Positions 39,436-49,201 of a stretch of DNA of 64,000 bases are shown here, one piece after another (positions within the stretch are counted from its first letter, which is position 1; every line of letters begins with the position of its first letter). The DNA is from a bacterium. GTDB lineage: Bacteria; Krumholzibacteriota; Krumholzibacteriia; LZORAL124-64-63. A model generated the notes under the pieces. That model made no database searches and was not told the DNA's origin. It saw only the letters and a program-made list of their open reading frames with translations. Position numbers and translations under genes: made by a program. The stretch lies in the NCBI GenBank assembly GCA_031441465.1, contig JANOEP010000024.1:12546-76545 (forward strand), given 5' to 3'.

Positions 39436-39899
39436 GCGGCGGCGTTCTTTCCCCCGGAGCGCTCGCGGTCCAGGATCAGGGTGACGGGGCCGTCGTTGAC
39501 CGACTCGACCGCCATCACGGCGCCGAAGCGGCCCTCGGCGACGACCGGCCACTGCGCGCGCAGCAGCCGCGCGAAGGCGACGTAGAGGTCCCGGGCCGCT
39601 GCGGGCGGCGCCGAGCCCGTGAAGCTGGGGCGCAGGCCCCGGCGGATGTCCCCGTAGAGCGTGAACTGCGAGACCAGCAGGATCCCGCCGCCGACGTCCC
39701 GCAGCGAGCGGTTCATCAGCCCGTCGTCGTCGCCGAAGACCCGCAGGTCCGGCAGCTTGCGCGCCGTCCAGCGCAATTCGTCTTCGGTGTCGTCCGGCGC
39801 GAAGGCGGCCAGCACCAGCAGGCCGCCGCCGATCTCGCCGACGACCTCCCCCGCCACACGCACCGCGGCGCTGGTCACGCGTTGCACGACACAGCGCAC
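39429..39899 (-). CDS. dtd: D-aminoacyl-tRNA deacylase
   Basis: VVQRV, VSQFTLY, RPSF, GRFGA.M, NDGPVT. Confidence 0.96.
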   Translation of the reverse strand: MRCVVQRVTSAAVRVAGEVVGEIGGGLLVLAAFAPDDTEDELRWTARKLPDLRVFGDDDGLMNRSLRDVGGGILLVSQFTLYGDIRRGLRPSFTGSAPPAAARDLYVAFARLLRAQWPVVAEGRFGAVMAVESVNDGPVTLILDRERSGGKNAAAC

Positions 39900-39926
39900 G
39901 ACGGTCCCTCCGTGACGCCGCGGGCG

Positions 39927-42107
39927 TCAGTTGAGCTGGTAGCGTTCCACGCGCTGGACGCCCTCGACGCGCCGCACCGCGAGCAGGACCCGCTCGAGGT
40001 TGTTGAGGTTGCGCACCTCGACCAGAAACGACACGACCGCCAGTTCATGGTCGCCCTTGAAGTCGCCGCTGTGGATGTTCGTGCCGACGCCGCGGATCGC
40101 GTCGCCGAGGTCGGCGAGCAGCCCGCGGCGGTCCAGCGCCGTCACGGTGAGCTTCACCAGGAAGACCTGGTCCTCGCCCACGTCCCAGGAGACCTCGATC
40201 AGACGCTCGGGCTCGATGTTCCCCAGATTCGAGCAGCCGAGGCGGTGGACCGAGACGCCGCGGCCGCGCGTGACGACGCCGATCACCTGGTCGCCGGGGA
40301 TCGGCTCGCAGCACCGGGCGTAGCGCACCATCAGGCTGTCCAGCCCCTGGATCTTCACGCCGGACACGCGCCGCCGCAGCAGCGCCGCGTAGATGTCCTT
40401 GCCCATGTCGACGAGCTTCTCGGGCGGCTTCTTCTCCCGCGGCTCGAGGCGCGCGAGGACCTTGGCCGACGTGAGGTCGCCGCAACCGACCGCCGCCAGG
40501 AGTTTCTCGGTCTCGGTGTAGCCCATCTCCTGGGCGATCCCGACCAGATCCTTGTCCGGATTGACGTTCAGCTTGTGCCGGCCGAACTCGCGCTCGAGGA
40601 TGCCGCGACCCAGGCGGACGCTCTCCTCGAACTGGGTCGAGCGGATCCAGCGGCGGATGTGGTGGCGCGCCTTGCCGGTCTTGACGATCTCCAGCCAGGA
40701 GGTGCCCGGGTGGGCGCTCTTGCTGGTGAGGATCTCGATGGTGTCGCGGTTCTGCAGCTCCGTGGTCAGGCTGACGATGCGGCCGTTCACCTTCGCGCCC
40801 ACGCAGTGCAGCCCCACCGCGGAGTGCACCTCGAAGGCGAAGTCCAGGGGCGTGGCGCCGCGCGGCAGCTGGAAGATGTCACCGCGCGGACTGTAGACGA
40901 AGACCTCGTCGTGGAACATGTCGAGCTTCATGCCCGCCATGAACTCGCGCGGGTCGGTGACGTCCTCCTGGTACTCCATCAGCTGCTTGAGCCAGCTGAC
41001 CATCCGCGAGAAGTCGATGTGCTCGTCCCCCGGTCCTTCCTTGTACTTCCAGTGCGCGGCGATGCCGATCTCGCTGCGCTCGTGCATCTCGTAGGTGCGG
41101 ATCTGGATCTCGACGAACTTGCCGCCCGGCGCGCGGATCGTCGTGTGCAGGGACTGGTACATGTTGGGCTTCGGGTTGGCGATGTAGTCCTTGATGCGGT
41201 CCTGCAGCGGCGTGAACAGGCTGTGGACGAGGCCCAGCGCGTGGTAGCAGTCCACCTTGGTCTTGACCAGGATGCGCAGGGCGTGCAGGTCGTACACCCG
41301 CTCGATCGGGATGTCCTGCGCCTGCATCTTGTTCCAGATGGAGTAGAAGTGCTTGGGCCGGCCGACGATCTCGGCCTCGACGCCGGCCTCGACCAGGCTC
41401 GCCTGCAGCGGCCGGCTCACCTCCTCGATGAGCCGCTCGCGGTCGGCGCGCGTCTGCAGCACGCCGTCGTCCACGGCGTAGTAGGCCTTCGGGTTCAGCA
41501 CCTTGAAGGCGCGGTCCTCGAGTTCCCACTTGATCTTGGCCAGGCCGAAGCGGTGGGCCAGCGGGGCGTAGACGTCCATGGTCTCGCGCGACATGCCGGC
41601 CTGGCGCTCGTCGGCGAGGAACTCGACGGTGCGCATGTTGTGCAGGCGGTCGGCCAGCTTGATCAGGACCGTGCGGGGGTCCTGCGTGATGGAGAAGACG
41701 AGCTTGCGGTAGTTCTCGGCCTGGCGCGTCTCGGGGTTGTGCGAGCGCAGGTCGCTGATCTTCGTCACGCCGTCGACCATGTGCGCCACGTCGGGACCGA
41801 ACTCGCGCCGCACCGTGTCGAGGTCCAGCGAGGTGTCCTCGACGACGTCGTGCAGCATGCCCGCGACCAGCGTGTCCACGTCGAGCCGCAGGTCGGCCAG
41901 GATGTCGGCCACGGTCAGGGCGTGCACGAAGTAGGGTTCGCCGCTCTTGCGCAGTTGGCCCTCGTGGGCCTGGCGGCTGCGGCGGTAGGCGGCCCAGAGG
42001 CGGTCGGCGTCGGCGCGGGGGTTGTAGGCCCGCACCTTTCGCACGACGGCCTGCATCATGGCCTCGAGGGCGTCCCCGGCCGGTGCCGTGTCGCGGTCCC
42101 CGTTCAC
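39927..42107 (-). CDS. Bifunctional (p)ppGpp synthetase/hydrolase Rel (RelA/SpoT)
   Basis: RKSGEPY, intact LHDVVED hydrolase motif, KLADRLHNMRT, GRPKHFYSI, RIKD, YQSLHT, TGS and ACT domains. Confidence 0.96.
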   Translation of the reverse strand: MNGDRDTAPAGDALEAMMQAVVRKVRAYNPRADADRLWAAYRRSRQAHEGQLRKSGEPYFVHALTVADILADLRLDVDTLVAGMLHDVVEDTSLDLDTVRREFGPDVAHMVDGVTKISDLRSHNPETRQAENYRKLVFSITQDPRTVLIKLADRLHNMRTVEFLADERQAGMSRETMDVYAPLAHRFGLAKIKWELEDRAFKVLNPKAYYAVDDGVLQTRADRERLIEEVSRPLQASLVEAGVEAEIVGRPKHFYSIWNKMQAQDIPIERVYDLHALRILVKTKVDCYHALGLVHSLFTPLQDRIKDYIANPKPNMYQSLHTTIRAPGGKFVEIQIRTYEMHERSEIGIAAHWKYKEGPGDEHIDFSRMVSWLKQLMEYQEDVTDPREFMAGMKLDMFHDEVFVYSPRGDIFQLPRGATPLDFAFEVHSAVGLHCVGAKVNGRIVSLTTELQNRDTIEILTSKSAHPGTSWLEIVKTGKARHHIRRWIRSTQFEESVRLGRGILEREFGRHKLNVNPDKDLVGIAQEMGYTETEKLLAAVGCGDLTSAKVLARLEPREKKPPEKLVDMGKDIYAALLRRRVSGVKIQGLDSLMVRYARCCEPIPGDQVIGVVTRGRGVSVHRLGCSNLGNIEPERLIEVSWDVGEDQVFLVKLTVTALDRRGLLADLGDAIRGVGTNIHSGDFKGDHELAVVSFLVEVRNLNNLERVLLAVRRVEGVQRVERYQLN

Positions 42108-44002
42108 CGCACGTCACCCGGGCGGATGTCCAGCAGCTGCAGCTGGACCGGGTCGACCGGCGCGCCGTTGCTGGGCCGCCAGTTGTTCGTGGCGATCTGG
42201 AACAGGATTTCCCAGCGCAGGTCCAGCAGCGCGGCCCGGCCGCCGGACAGGTTCCCGAGCATGGCCTCCCAGGCCTTGCCGGCCCCGAAGCTGATGAACG
42301 GCATCGCGAGGGCCGGCGTGCCCCCGGAGCGCGGCTGCCCGGGGCCCGCGAACCGGAAGCGCAGGTGCTCGCCGCCGCGACCCACGGTCGCGGGGGCCGC
42401 GGTCAGGCGCAGCCCGTCGCAGCGGAACACCGGCGCGCGGTTGCCCTCCCCGAACGGCTCCAGCAGCGCGCACTCCTGGTTCAGCTGCGCCACCTCCTGC
42501 ACCGTCATCGAATCCAGCGTCAGGCCGAGGTCGTAGGACTCGGGCACGCCATCCTGGGCCGGCTCTTCCCGCAAAGCGGCCAGGAAGGCCGCGCGGAACG
42601 TGTCGAGGTCCCGCGTGCGCAGGGTCATGCCGGCCGCCTGGGCGTGGCCGCCGTAACGGACCAGCAGCCCGGTGCAGCGGTCCAGCACGGCCTTGATGTC
42701 GACGCCGGGCACGCTCCGCGCCGAGCCCCGCGACTCCTCGCCCTCGAGGGAGAACAGGATCGACGGCACGTTGTAGCGCTCCACCAGCCGGGCGGCGCTG
42801 ATGCCGATCACGCCCCGGTGCCAGCGCTCGTCGCCCAGGATCAGACCCGGATCGCCCCGCTCGGCGTAGGGGCGCGCCATGACCACCGCCTCGTCCATGA
42901 CCCTCTGGTCGGTTTCCTTGCGGCGCTTGTTCGTCTCGTCGGCCTCGTCGGCCAGGGCGCGGGCCTCGTCGGGATCCCGCGTCAGCAGCAGGTCCAGGGC
43001 GGCCTGGACGCGGCCGATGCGGCCGCAGGCGTTCAGCCGCGGCGCCAGCTGGTAGGCCACGTGCGTCGCGGTGACCGCCTGGCCGTGATCGAGACCCGCC
43101 TTCTCCAGCAAGGCCCGCAGGCCGGGCCTGACCGTCCGCCGATCCGTGATCCGCTCGAGGCCGCGGCGGACCAGCACCCGGTTCTCGTCGATCAGGGGCA
43201 TCTGGTCCGCGATCAGACCCAGGGCTGCCAGATCCTGGACCGAGGCGAGGAAATCCTCCGGCAGGCAGCCGGGCTCCAGCTGCGCCAGCGCCTGGGCCAG
43301 CTTGAAGGCCACCGCGACGCCGCACAGCTCGGCGTTCGGATAGCGGTTGCCCGGGCGACGCGGGTTGACCAGCGCGTGGACGCCGGCGGGACGGGAGTCG
43401 AACAGGTGGTGGTCGAGCACCACGACGTCCATGCCGCCGGCCAGGGCCACGGCGATCTCATCGTGCGCGGCCGAACCGGTGTCCACGGTCACGAGCAGGC
43501 CGACGCCGGCGGCGGCCCAGACGTCGAGCATGCGCCGGGCCACGCCGTAGCCGTCGCGGGCGCGGTCGGGCACGAACGGGGGTTGGAGTTCGCAGCGGCG
43601 GCCCTCCACGTTCAGGGCGCGCAGGAGTTCGGCCAGCAGGGCGGTGCCGGTCAGGCCGTCGACGTCGAAGTCGCCGTGGACGGCGACCTTCTCGCCGGCG
43701 CTCGCGGCGCTCAGCAGGCGTCTGGCGGCCGGCTCGATCTCATCCAGCAGCAGGGGGTCGTGGAGATGCTCGATCTCGGGGTAGAAGAAGCGCTCGAGGG
43801 CTTCCGCGCCGACGACGCCGCGCACCGCGAGCAGGGCGACGAGGTGCCCGGACACCCGTCGCGACAGCGGCAGGGCGCGGCTGATCGCTTCGAGCACCTC
43901 CGGGTCGGGCACGCCGGCGGCGCGCCAGGCGCGCCCGCTCAGGACGCCGGGGCGTCCCGGCGCCGCGGGCAGGCCCACGGCCGGAATCGGGACCGGATCC
44001 AC
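42104..44002 (-). CDS. recJ: Single-stranded-DNA exonuclease RecJ
   Basis: HGDFDVDG, PDRARDGYG, TVDTG, LDHH, PRLNACGR, GSARS, YGGHAQAAG, EPFGEGN. Start trimmed to GTG 44002 because the longer ORF runs into rnpB. Confidence 0.94.
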   Translation of the reverse strand: MDPVPIPAVGLPAAPGRPGVLSGRAWRAAGVPDPEVLEAISRALPLSRRVSGHLVALLAVRGVVGAEALERFFYPEIEHLHDPLLLDEIEPAARRLLSAASAGEKVAVHGDFDVDGLTGTALLAELLRALNVEGRRCELQPPFVPDRARDGYGVARRMLDVWAAAGVGLLVTVDTGSAAHDEIAVALAGGMDVVVLDHHLFDSRPAGVHALVNPRRPGNRYPNAELCGVAVAFKLAQALAQLEPGCLPEDFLASVQDLAALGLIADQMPLIDENRVLVRRGLERITDRRTVRPGLRALLEKAGLDHGQAVTATHVAYQLAPRLNACGRIGRVQAALDLLLTRDPDEARALADEADETNKRRKETDQRVMDEAVVMARPYAERGDPGLILGDERWHRGVIGISAARLVERYNVPSILFSLEGEESRGSARSVPGVDIKAVLDRCTGLLVRYGGHAQAAGMTLRTRDLDTFRAAFLAALREEPAQDGVPESYDLGLTLDSMTVQEVAQLNQECALLEPFGEGNRAPVFRCDGLRLTAAPATVGRGGEHLRFRFAGPGQPRSGGTPALAMPFISFGAGKAWEAMLGNLSGGRAALLDLRWEILFQIATNNWRPSNGAPVDPVQLQLLDIRPGDVR

Positions 44003-44090
44003 GCCGCCGCTCCCGCCGAATCCCAACTCGTACTGCAACGCGCGTCTCCATACTGCGGCGCGGTCCGCGACCGCGGCGCGGCGAAAGGAC

Positions 44091-44450
44091 GGGAAGTCGG
44101 TCGTAAGCCGGGTTCTGTTGCCGCATCGCGGCGACGACCATGTATCTGGGTCCGGCGTTTCCGCCGGCCTCAAGCGACCTACCCGGGAGTCCTTCGAGGC
44201 GGGCCACCTCTGCTCCCCTATGCGGTCTTGCTCCGGGTGGGGTTTGCCATGCGACGCCTGTCACCAGGCGCCCGGTGAGCTCTTACCTCGCCTTTTCACC
44301 CTTACCGCGACCTGACGGCCGAGGCGGTATCTTTTCTGTGGCACTTTCCGTGGGATCACTCCCCCTGGGGATTACCCAGCACCCTGCCCTGTGGAGCCCG
44401 GACTTTCCTCGAATCCCTCGCGGGACCCGCGGTCGTCTCCCCGACTTCCC
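44091..44450 (-). ncRNA. rnpB: RNase P RNA (bacterial type A)
   Basis: GAGGAAAGTCCGGGCT, AGTGCCACAGAAA, GGTAAGAGC, GGCAAACCCC..GGAGCAAG, ACAGAACCCGGCTTAC; P1 helix GGGAAGTCGG/CCGACTTCCC. Confidence 0.97.
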
Positions 44451-44457
44451 TGCCCTC

Positions 44458-44486
44458 ATCATAGACGCTGGCGCCGTCCGTGTCAC
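44458..44486 (-). promoter_or_regulatory. Sigma70-type promoter for rnpB
   Basis: GTGACA-17 nt-TATGAT, 7 nt before the P1 helix. Confidence 0.75.
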
Positions 44487-44521
44487 GGATCGGCTGCAGG
44501 GATGGTCGGCGGCGGGGGGAT

Positions 44522-45265
44522 TCAGTCGGGCAGCTGCCCGTCGAGGGCGAGGTTCGCCATGACGTCGGCGAGGGTGTTGCGTTCGCGTCGGATATGCCGC
44601 ACGGCGAAGCCGTCCAGTTCGCGGATCAGGTCCATCACCTGCCGGTAGAACGGCAGCAGGTCCTGGCTCTTGACGCGGTACTGCCCCGAAATCTGCCGGG
44701 CCACCAGTTCGCTGTCGAGCTGCAGGCTGACCCGCGAGGCCCCCCAGCCGGCGGCCAGTTCGAGGGCGCGCAGCACGGCCCGGTACTCGGCCACGTTGTT
44801 GGTGGCGACGCCGATCGCCTCGGCGTGGCGGGCGAGCAGGCCGCCGCCCTTCAGACCGAAGACGATCCCGACCGACGCCGGACCGGGATTGCCGCGGCTC
44901 GCGCCGTCGGTCCACACTTCCAGCACCGGCGAGCCCGTCGCCGGCAGGGGCGAGGCGGAGAGGCCGCTCGCCGCCGGCACCGCGGCCAGTTCCGGAGGCA
45001 GAGGGTTGGCCGCAGGTTTGCGCCGGCCGCGCGAAGCGGCGCCCTTCGTCGTGGTCGCAGGTGCGACGTCGGCCTCGGCGGCGGGCGCGGAGTCCGCCGC
45101 GGGCGTCTCGGTCTCGTCGGCCAGCTCGCGCCGCCACTGGCGCAGGCGCCGCTTGAGATCGCCCGGCGTCAGACCGCACTCGCGGGCGAGCGAGCGCAGG
45201 TTCTCGGTGCGCTCCAGGGCGAGCAGGAGGTCGCCGAGGGTGACCGGCTGTGCGGGTTCGGTCAT
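44522..45265 (-). CDS. rnhA: Ribonuclease HI family protein with N-terminal extension
   Basis: TDGASRGNPG, TNNVAEY, DSELV, HIRRERNTLAD (all four acidic catalytic positions); about 110 extra N-terminal residues. Confidence 0.9.
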   Translation of the reverse strand: MTEPAQPVTLGDLLLALERTENLRSLARECGLTPGDLKRRLRQWRRELADETETPAADSAPAAEADVAPATTTKGAASRGRRKPAANPLPPELAAVPAASGLSASPLPATGSPVLEVWTDGASRGNPGPASVGIVFGLKGGGLLARHAEAIGVATNNVAEYRAVLRALELAAGWGASRVSLQLDSELVARQISGQYRVKSQDLLPFYRQVMDLIRELDGFAVRHIRRERNTLADVMANLALDGQLPD

Positions 45266-45302
45266 CGCCATCTCCGTTGTCACCCGGGATAGGGCACCCA
45301 AG

Positions 45303-45324
45303 AAAAAGGGTGCCGGAGCACCCT
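45303..45324 (-). terminator. Rho-independent terminator after the tRNA pair
   Basis: AGGGTGC-TCCG-GCACCCT followed by TTTT on the minus strand. Confidence 0.7.
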
Positions 45325-45429
45325 GCGGCGTACGCGCGTTCCCCGACCGGCCGGCGACCGCGCCGCGGCGCCGGCGTGCAGCAGGACCGCCTGGTCGCGG
45401 ACGGCGCCCCGCGGGAACGCGGGCGGGGC

Positions 45430-45506
45430 TGGTGGGCGATACTGGACTCGAACCAGTGACCTCTCGCGTGTGAGGCGAGCGCTCTAGCCAGCTGAGCTAA
45501 TCGCCC
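45430..45506 (-). tRNA. tRNA-Val (anticodon CAC)
   Basis: GGGCGAT/ATCGCCC acceptor, CTCGC-CTCACAC-GCGAG anticodon arm, GGTTCGAGTCC T arm, encoded CCA. Confidence 0.96.
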
Positions 45507-45557
45507 GATCTTCGCGTTCCCCTCGAGGACGGCGGCGGTCCTGCAGGTTCCGATGCC

Positions 45558-45633
45558 TGGTGGGCCCACCAGGATTCGAACCTGGGTTCAACCGGTTATG
45601 AGCCGGTCGCCTTAACCGCTTGGCCATGGGCCC
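45558..45633 (-). tRNA. tRNA with CAU anticodon, most likely tRNA-Ile2 (lysidine-modified)
   Basis: GGGCCCA/TGGGCCC acceptor, ACCGG-CTCATAA-CCGGT arm, A73, CCA. No C1:A72 mismatch or GGG/CCC anticodon stem, so not initiator. Lies directly downstream of rpoD, like ileX in E. coli. Confidence 0.88.
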
Positions 45634-45648
45634 ACGATCCGGCCGCTC

Positions 45649-45673
45649 ATGATAGGAAACCCCGCGGGCGGGG

Positions 45674-45677
<4 letters not shown>
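45649..45677 (-). promoter_or_regulatory. Sigma70-type promoter for the tRNA pair
   Basis: TTGACC-17 nt-TATCAT plus a GC-rich discriminator; the -35 box overlaps the rpoD TGA stop. Confidence 0.8.
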
Positions 45678-47308
<1,631 letters not shown>

Positions 47309-47312
47309 AGGC

Positions 47313-49079
47313 CTATTCCCCTCGTCCGCCGGGGCGTGCCCGCAGGGCATCGCTGTCGCGGCGTCGTTGGCGGTAGGTATCCAGCCGGTGGCGGCAGTCG
47401 CGGACGATGCGCGCATGGTCGCCTGTGCCGCCGGCTTCGGGATCGGTGAGCAGGTCCGTGACGAGTCGGCGGAAGCCGTCGTCATGGGCATGCCAGCGTT
47501 CCTGGACGAACACGGCCGGGGGCGGCGCGCCGTCGCGCTGACGCTGCGCGCGCCAAGCCGCGAGTTCCTCGTGCAGCCGCCGCGCCGGTTCCAGCGTAAA
47601 ATCGGCGGTCGGCCACAGTTCCAGCATCGTCTCGGCGGCATCGCCCGTCTCGTCGGCCAGGGCGTGGGCGAGCATCTGCTGCTCGACCGCCGCCGCGTCC
47701 ACACGCAGCGGACCCCGGTCGGGTTGCAAGGGCCGGGCCACCGGCGGCCCCGCCGTTTCGCCCCGGGCCTCGGCGCGGCCGGTCGGGCGGGGCGAATCGG
47801 CGTGGCGGGCGACCTCCGCCCCGACCAGTTCCCTCGCCAGGCCGAAGACCTCGGCCGCTTCGTCCACCAGCAGCGAGCGACGGATCGGGTCGGGCACGCC
47901 GGCCACGGCCTCGATCGCGCGCTTGACCGCCCGTTCCCGCGCCTCGCGCCCCCTGCCGCTCTCGGCGGCCAGATCGCGCAGCAACTGCAGGTAGCCCGGC
48001 GCCGCCTCCAGGATCGCGGTCAGCGCCGCCGCGTCGCGGCCCAGCAAGAAGGACGCCGGGTCTTCGCCGGGCGGCAGCCGTCCGATGCGGGGCTCGAGCC
48101 CGCCGGCCAGCGCGGCGGCCGCGGCCTTGACCGAAGCCTTGATCCCGGCGGCGTCGCCGTCGAACAGCACGAACACCCGCGAGCAACCCCGGCGCAGGAT
48201 CCGCGCCTGCTCCTGGGTGAAGGCCGTGCCGCAGGTCGCGACGCCGTTGCCGAAACCCGCCTGGGCCAGGGCGATCTGGTCGAGATAGCCCTCCACCAGG
48301 ATGGCCGTCTTGTGGCGCGCGATGGGAATCCGGGACATGGAAAAGCCGTACAGCAACTCGCGCTTGCTGAAGTAGGGACCTTCGGCGGAGTTGAGGTACT
48401 TGGGCTCTCCCTCGCCCAGGATCCGACCCCCGAAACCAGCGATGCGCTGGGCGATGTTGCGAACGGGAAAGATAATCCGGTTGCGGAAATAAGCAAAAGG
48501 CTCTCCGCCGTGCCCGGCGCGCACCAATCCTGTCCTCTGGGCGAGTTCGCGATCGACGCCGCGGCGCCCCAGACCGTCGACGAGCCACGCCGTGGCGGCC
48601 GGCGCGAAACCGACGTCGTAGCGGCGCAGGATCTCCTGACCGAAGCCCCGCCCCTCGAGGTAGGCGCGGGCCTCGGCGCCCTCGCGGCCCCAGTAGGCTT
48701 CGCTCCACAGGGTGGAGGCCGATTCCTGCGCGCGGAAGAAGGCTTGCCGCTCGCCCTCGGCCTCGTCGTTGTCCACCAGGAAGCGGGCCAGGTCCACGTC
48801 GAGGGGCCGGGCCAGGATCTCCAGCGCCTCGGGGAACGACAGCCCCTGCAGCTTCATCAGGAACGAGATGACGTCGCCGCCCTCGCCGCAGCCGAAGCAC
48901 TTGTAGATCTGGCGATGGGGATTGACGTTGAAGCTCGGGGTCTTCTCGCGGTGGAAGGGGCAGAGCCCCACCAGGTTCGTCCCGGCGGTGCGGAGCGTGA
49001 CGTACTCGCGCACGACCGCCGCGATGTCGGACTCTTCCTTGATGCGGGCGACGAGGTCCTTGGGCAGAACGGGTGACAT
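47313..49079 (-). CDS. dnaG: DNA primase
   Basis: [15 protein letters not shown] Zn finger, [34 protein letters not shown]. Confidence 0.97.
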   Translation of the reverse strand: MSPVLPKDLVARIKEESDIAAVVREYVTLRTAGTNLVGLCPFHREKTPSFNVNPHRQIYKCFGCGEGGDVISFLMKLQGLSFPEALEILARPLDVDLARFLVDNDEAEGERQAFFRAQESASTLWSEAYWGREGAEARAYLEGRGFGQEILRRYDVGFAPAATAWLVDGLGRRGVDRELAQRTGLVRAGHGGEPFAYFRNRIIFPVRNIAQRIAGFGGRILGEGEPKYLNSAEGPYFSKRELLYGFSMSRIPIARHKTAILVEGYLDQIALAQAGFGNGVATCGTAFTQEQARILRRGCSRVFVLFDGDAAGIKASVKAAAAALAGGLEPRIGRLPPGEDPASFLLGRDAAALTAILEAAPGYLQLLRDLAAESGRGREARERAVKRAIEAVAGVPDPIRRSLLVDEAAEVFGLARELVGAEVARHADSPRPTGRAEARGETAGPPVARPLQPDRGPLRVDAAAVEQQMLAHALADETGDAAETMLELWPTADFTLEPARRLHEELAAWRAQRQRDGAPPPAVFVQERWHAHDDGFRRLVTDLLTDPEAGGTGDHARIVRDCRHRLDTYRQRRRDSDALRARPGGRGE

Positions 49080-49139
49080 CGGCGCGACGCTCCTCTGGCC
49101 CTGGTCCGACCCCTCGCTGCGCGCACACCACGATCAGCC

Positions 49140-49168
49140 AACGTATCTGTTTCCCACCCGGATGTCCA
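49140..49168 (-). promoter_or_regulatory. Candidate sigma70-type promoter for dnaG
   Basis: TGGACA-17 nt-TACGTT about 60 nt upstream of dnaG. Confidence 0.55.
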
Positions 49169-49201
49169 ATTTCCCGCGACCCGGCCCCGGGAGTCCCCCG
49201 T

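Noticed and set aside
44003..44173. N-terminal extension of RecJ in the ORF track
   Set aside because: Overlaps the 3' end of rnpB. A downstream GTG with an RBS-like sequence is more plausible.
45300..45640. Prophage or island integration at tRNA-Val, tRNA-Ile2 or selC
   Set aside because: No integrase, no duplicated tRNA 3' end and no compositional shift. The flanks are housekeeping genes.
47309..47704. Long N-terminal extension of RpoD, and similar extensions for tsf, frr, yqeY, rplM, marR, maf and the lipid kinase
   Set aside because: They overlap upstream genes, RNAs or leaders. Family-typical starts with RBS lie downstream.
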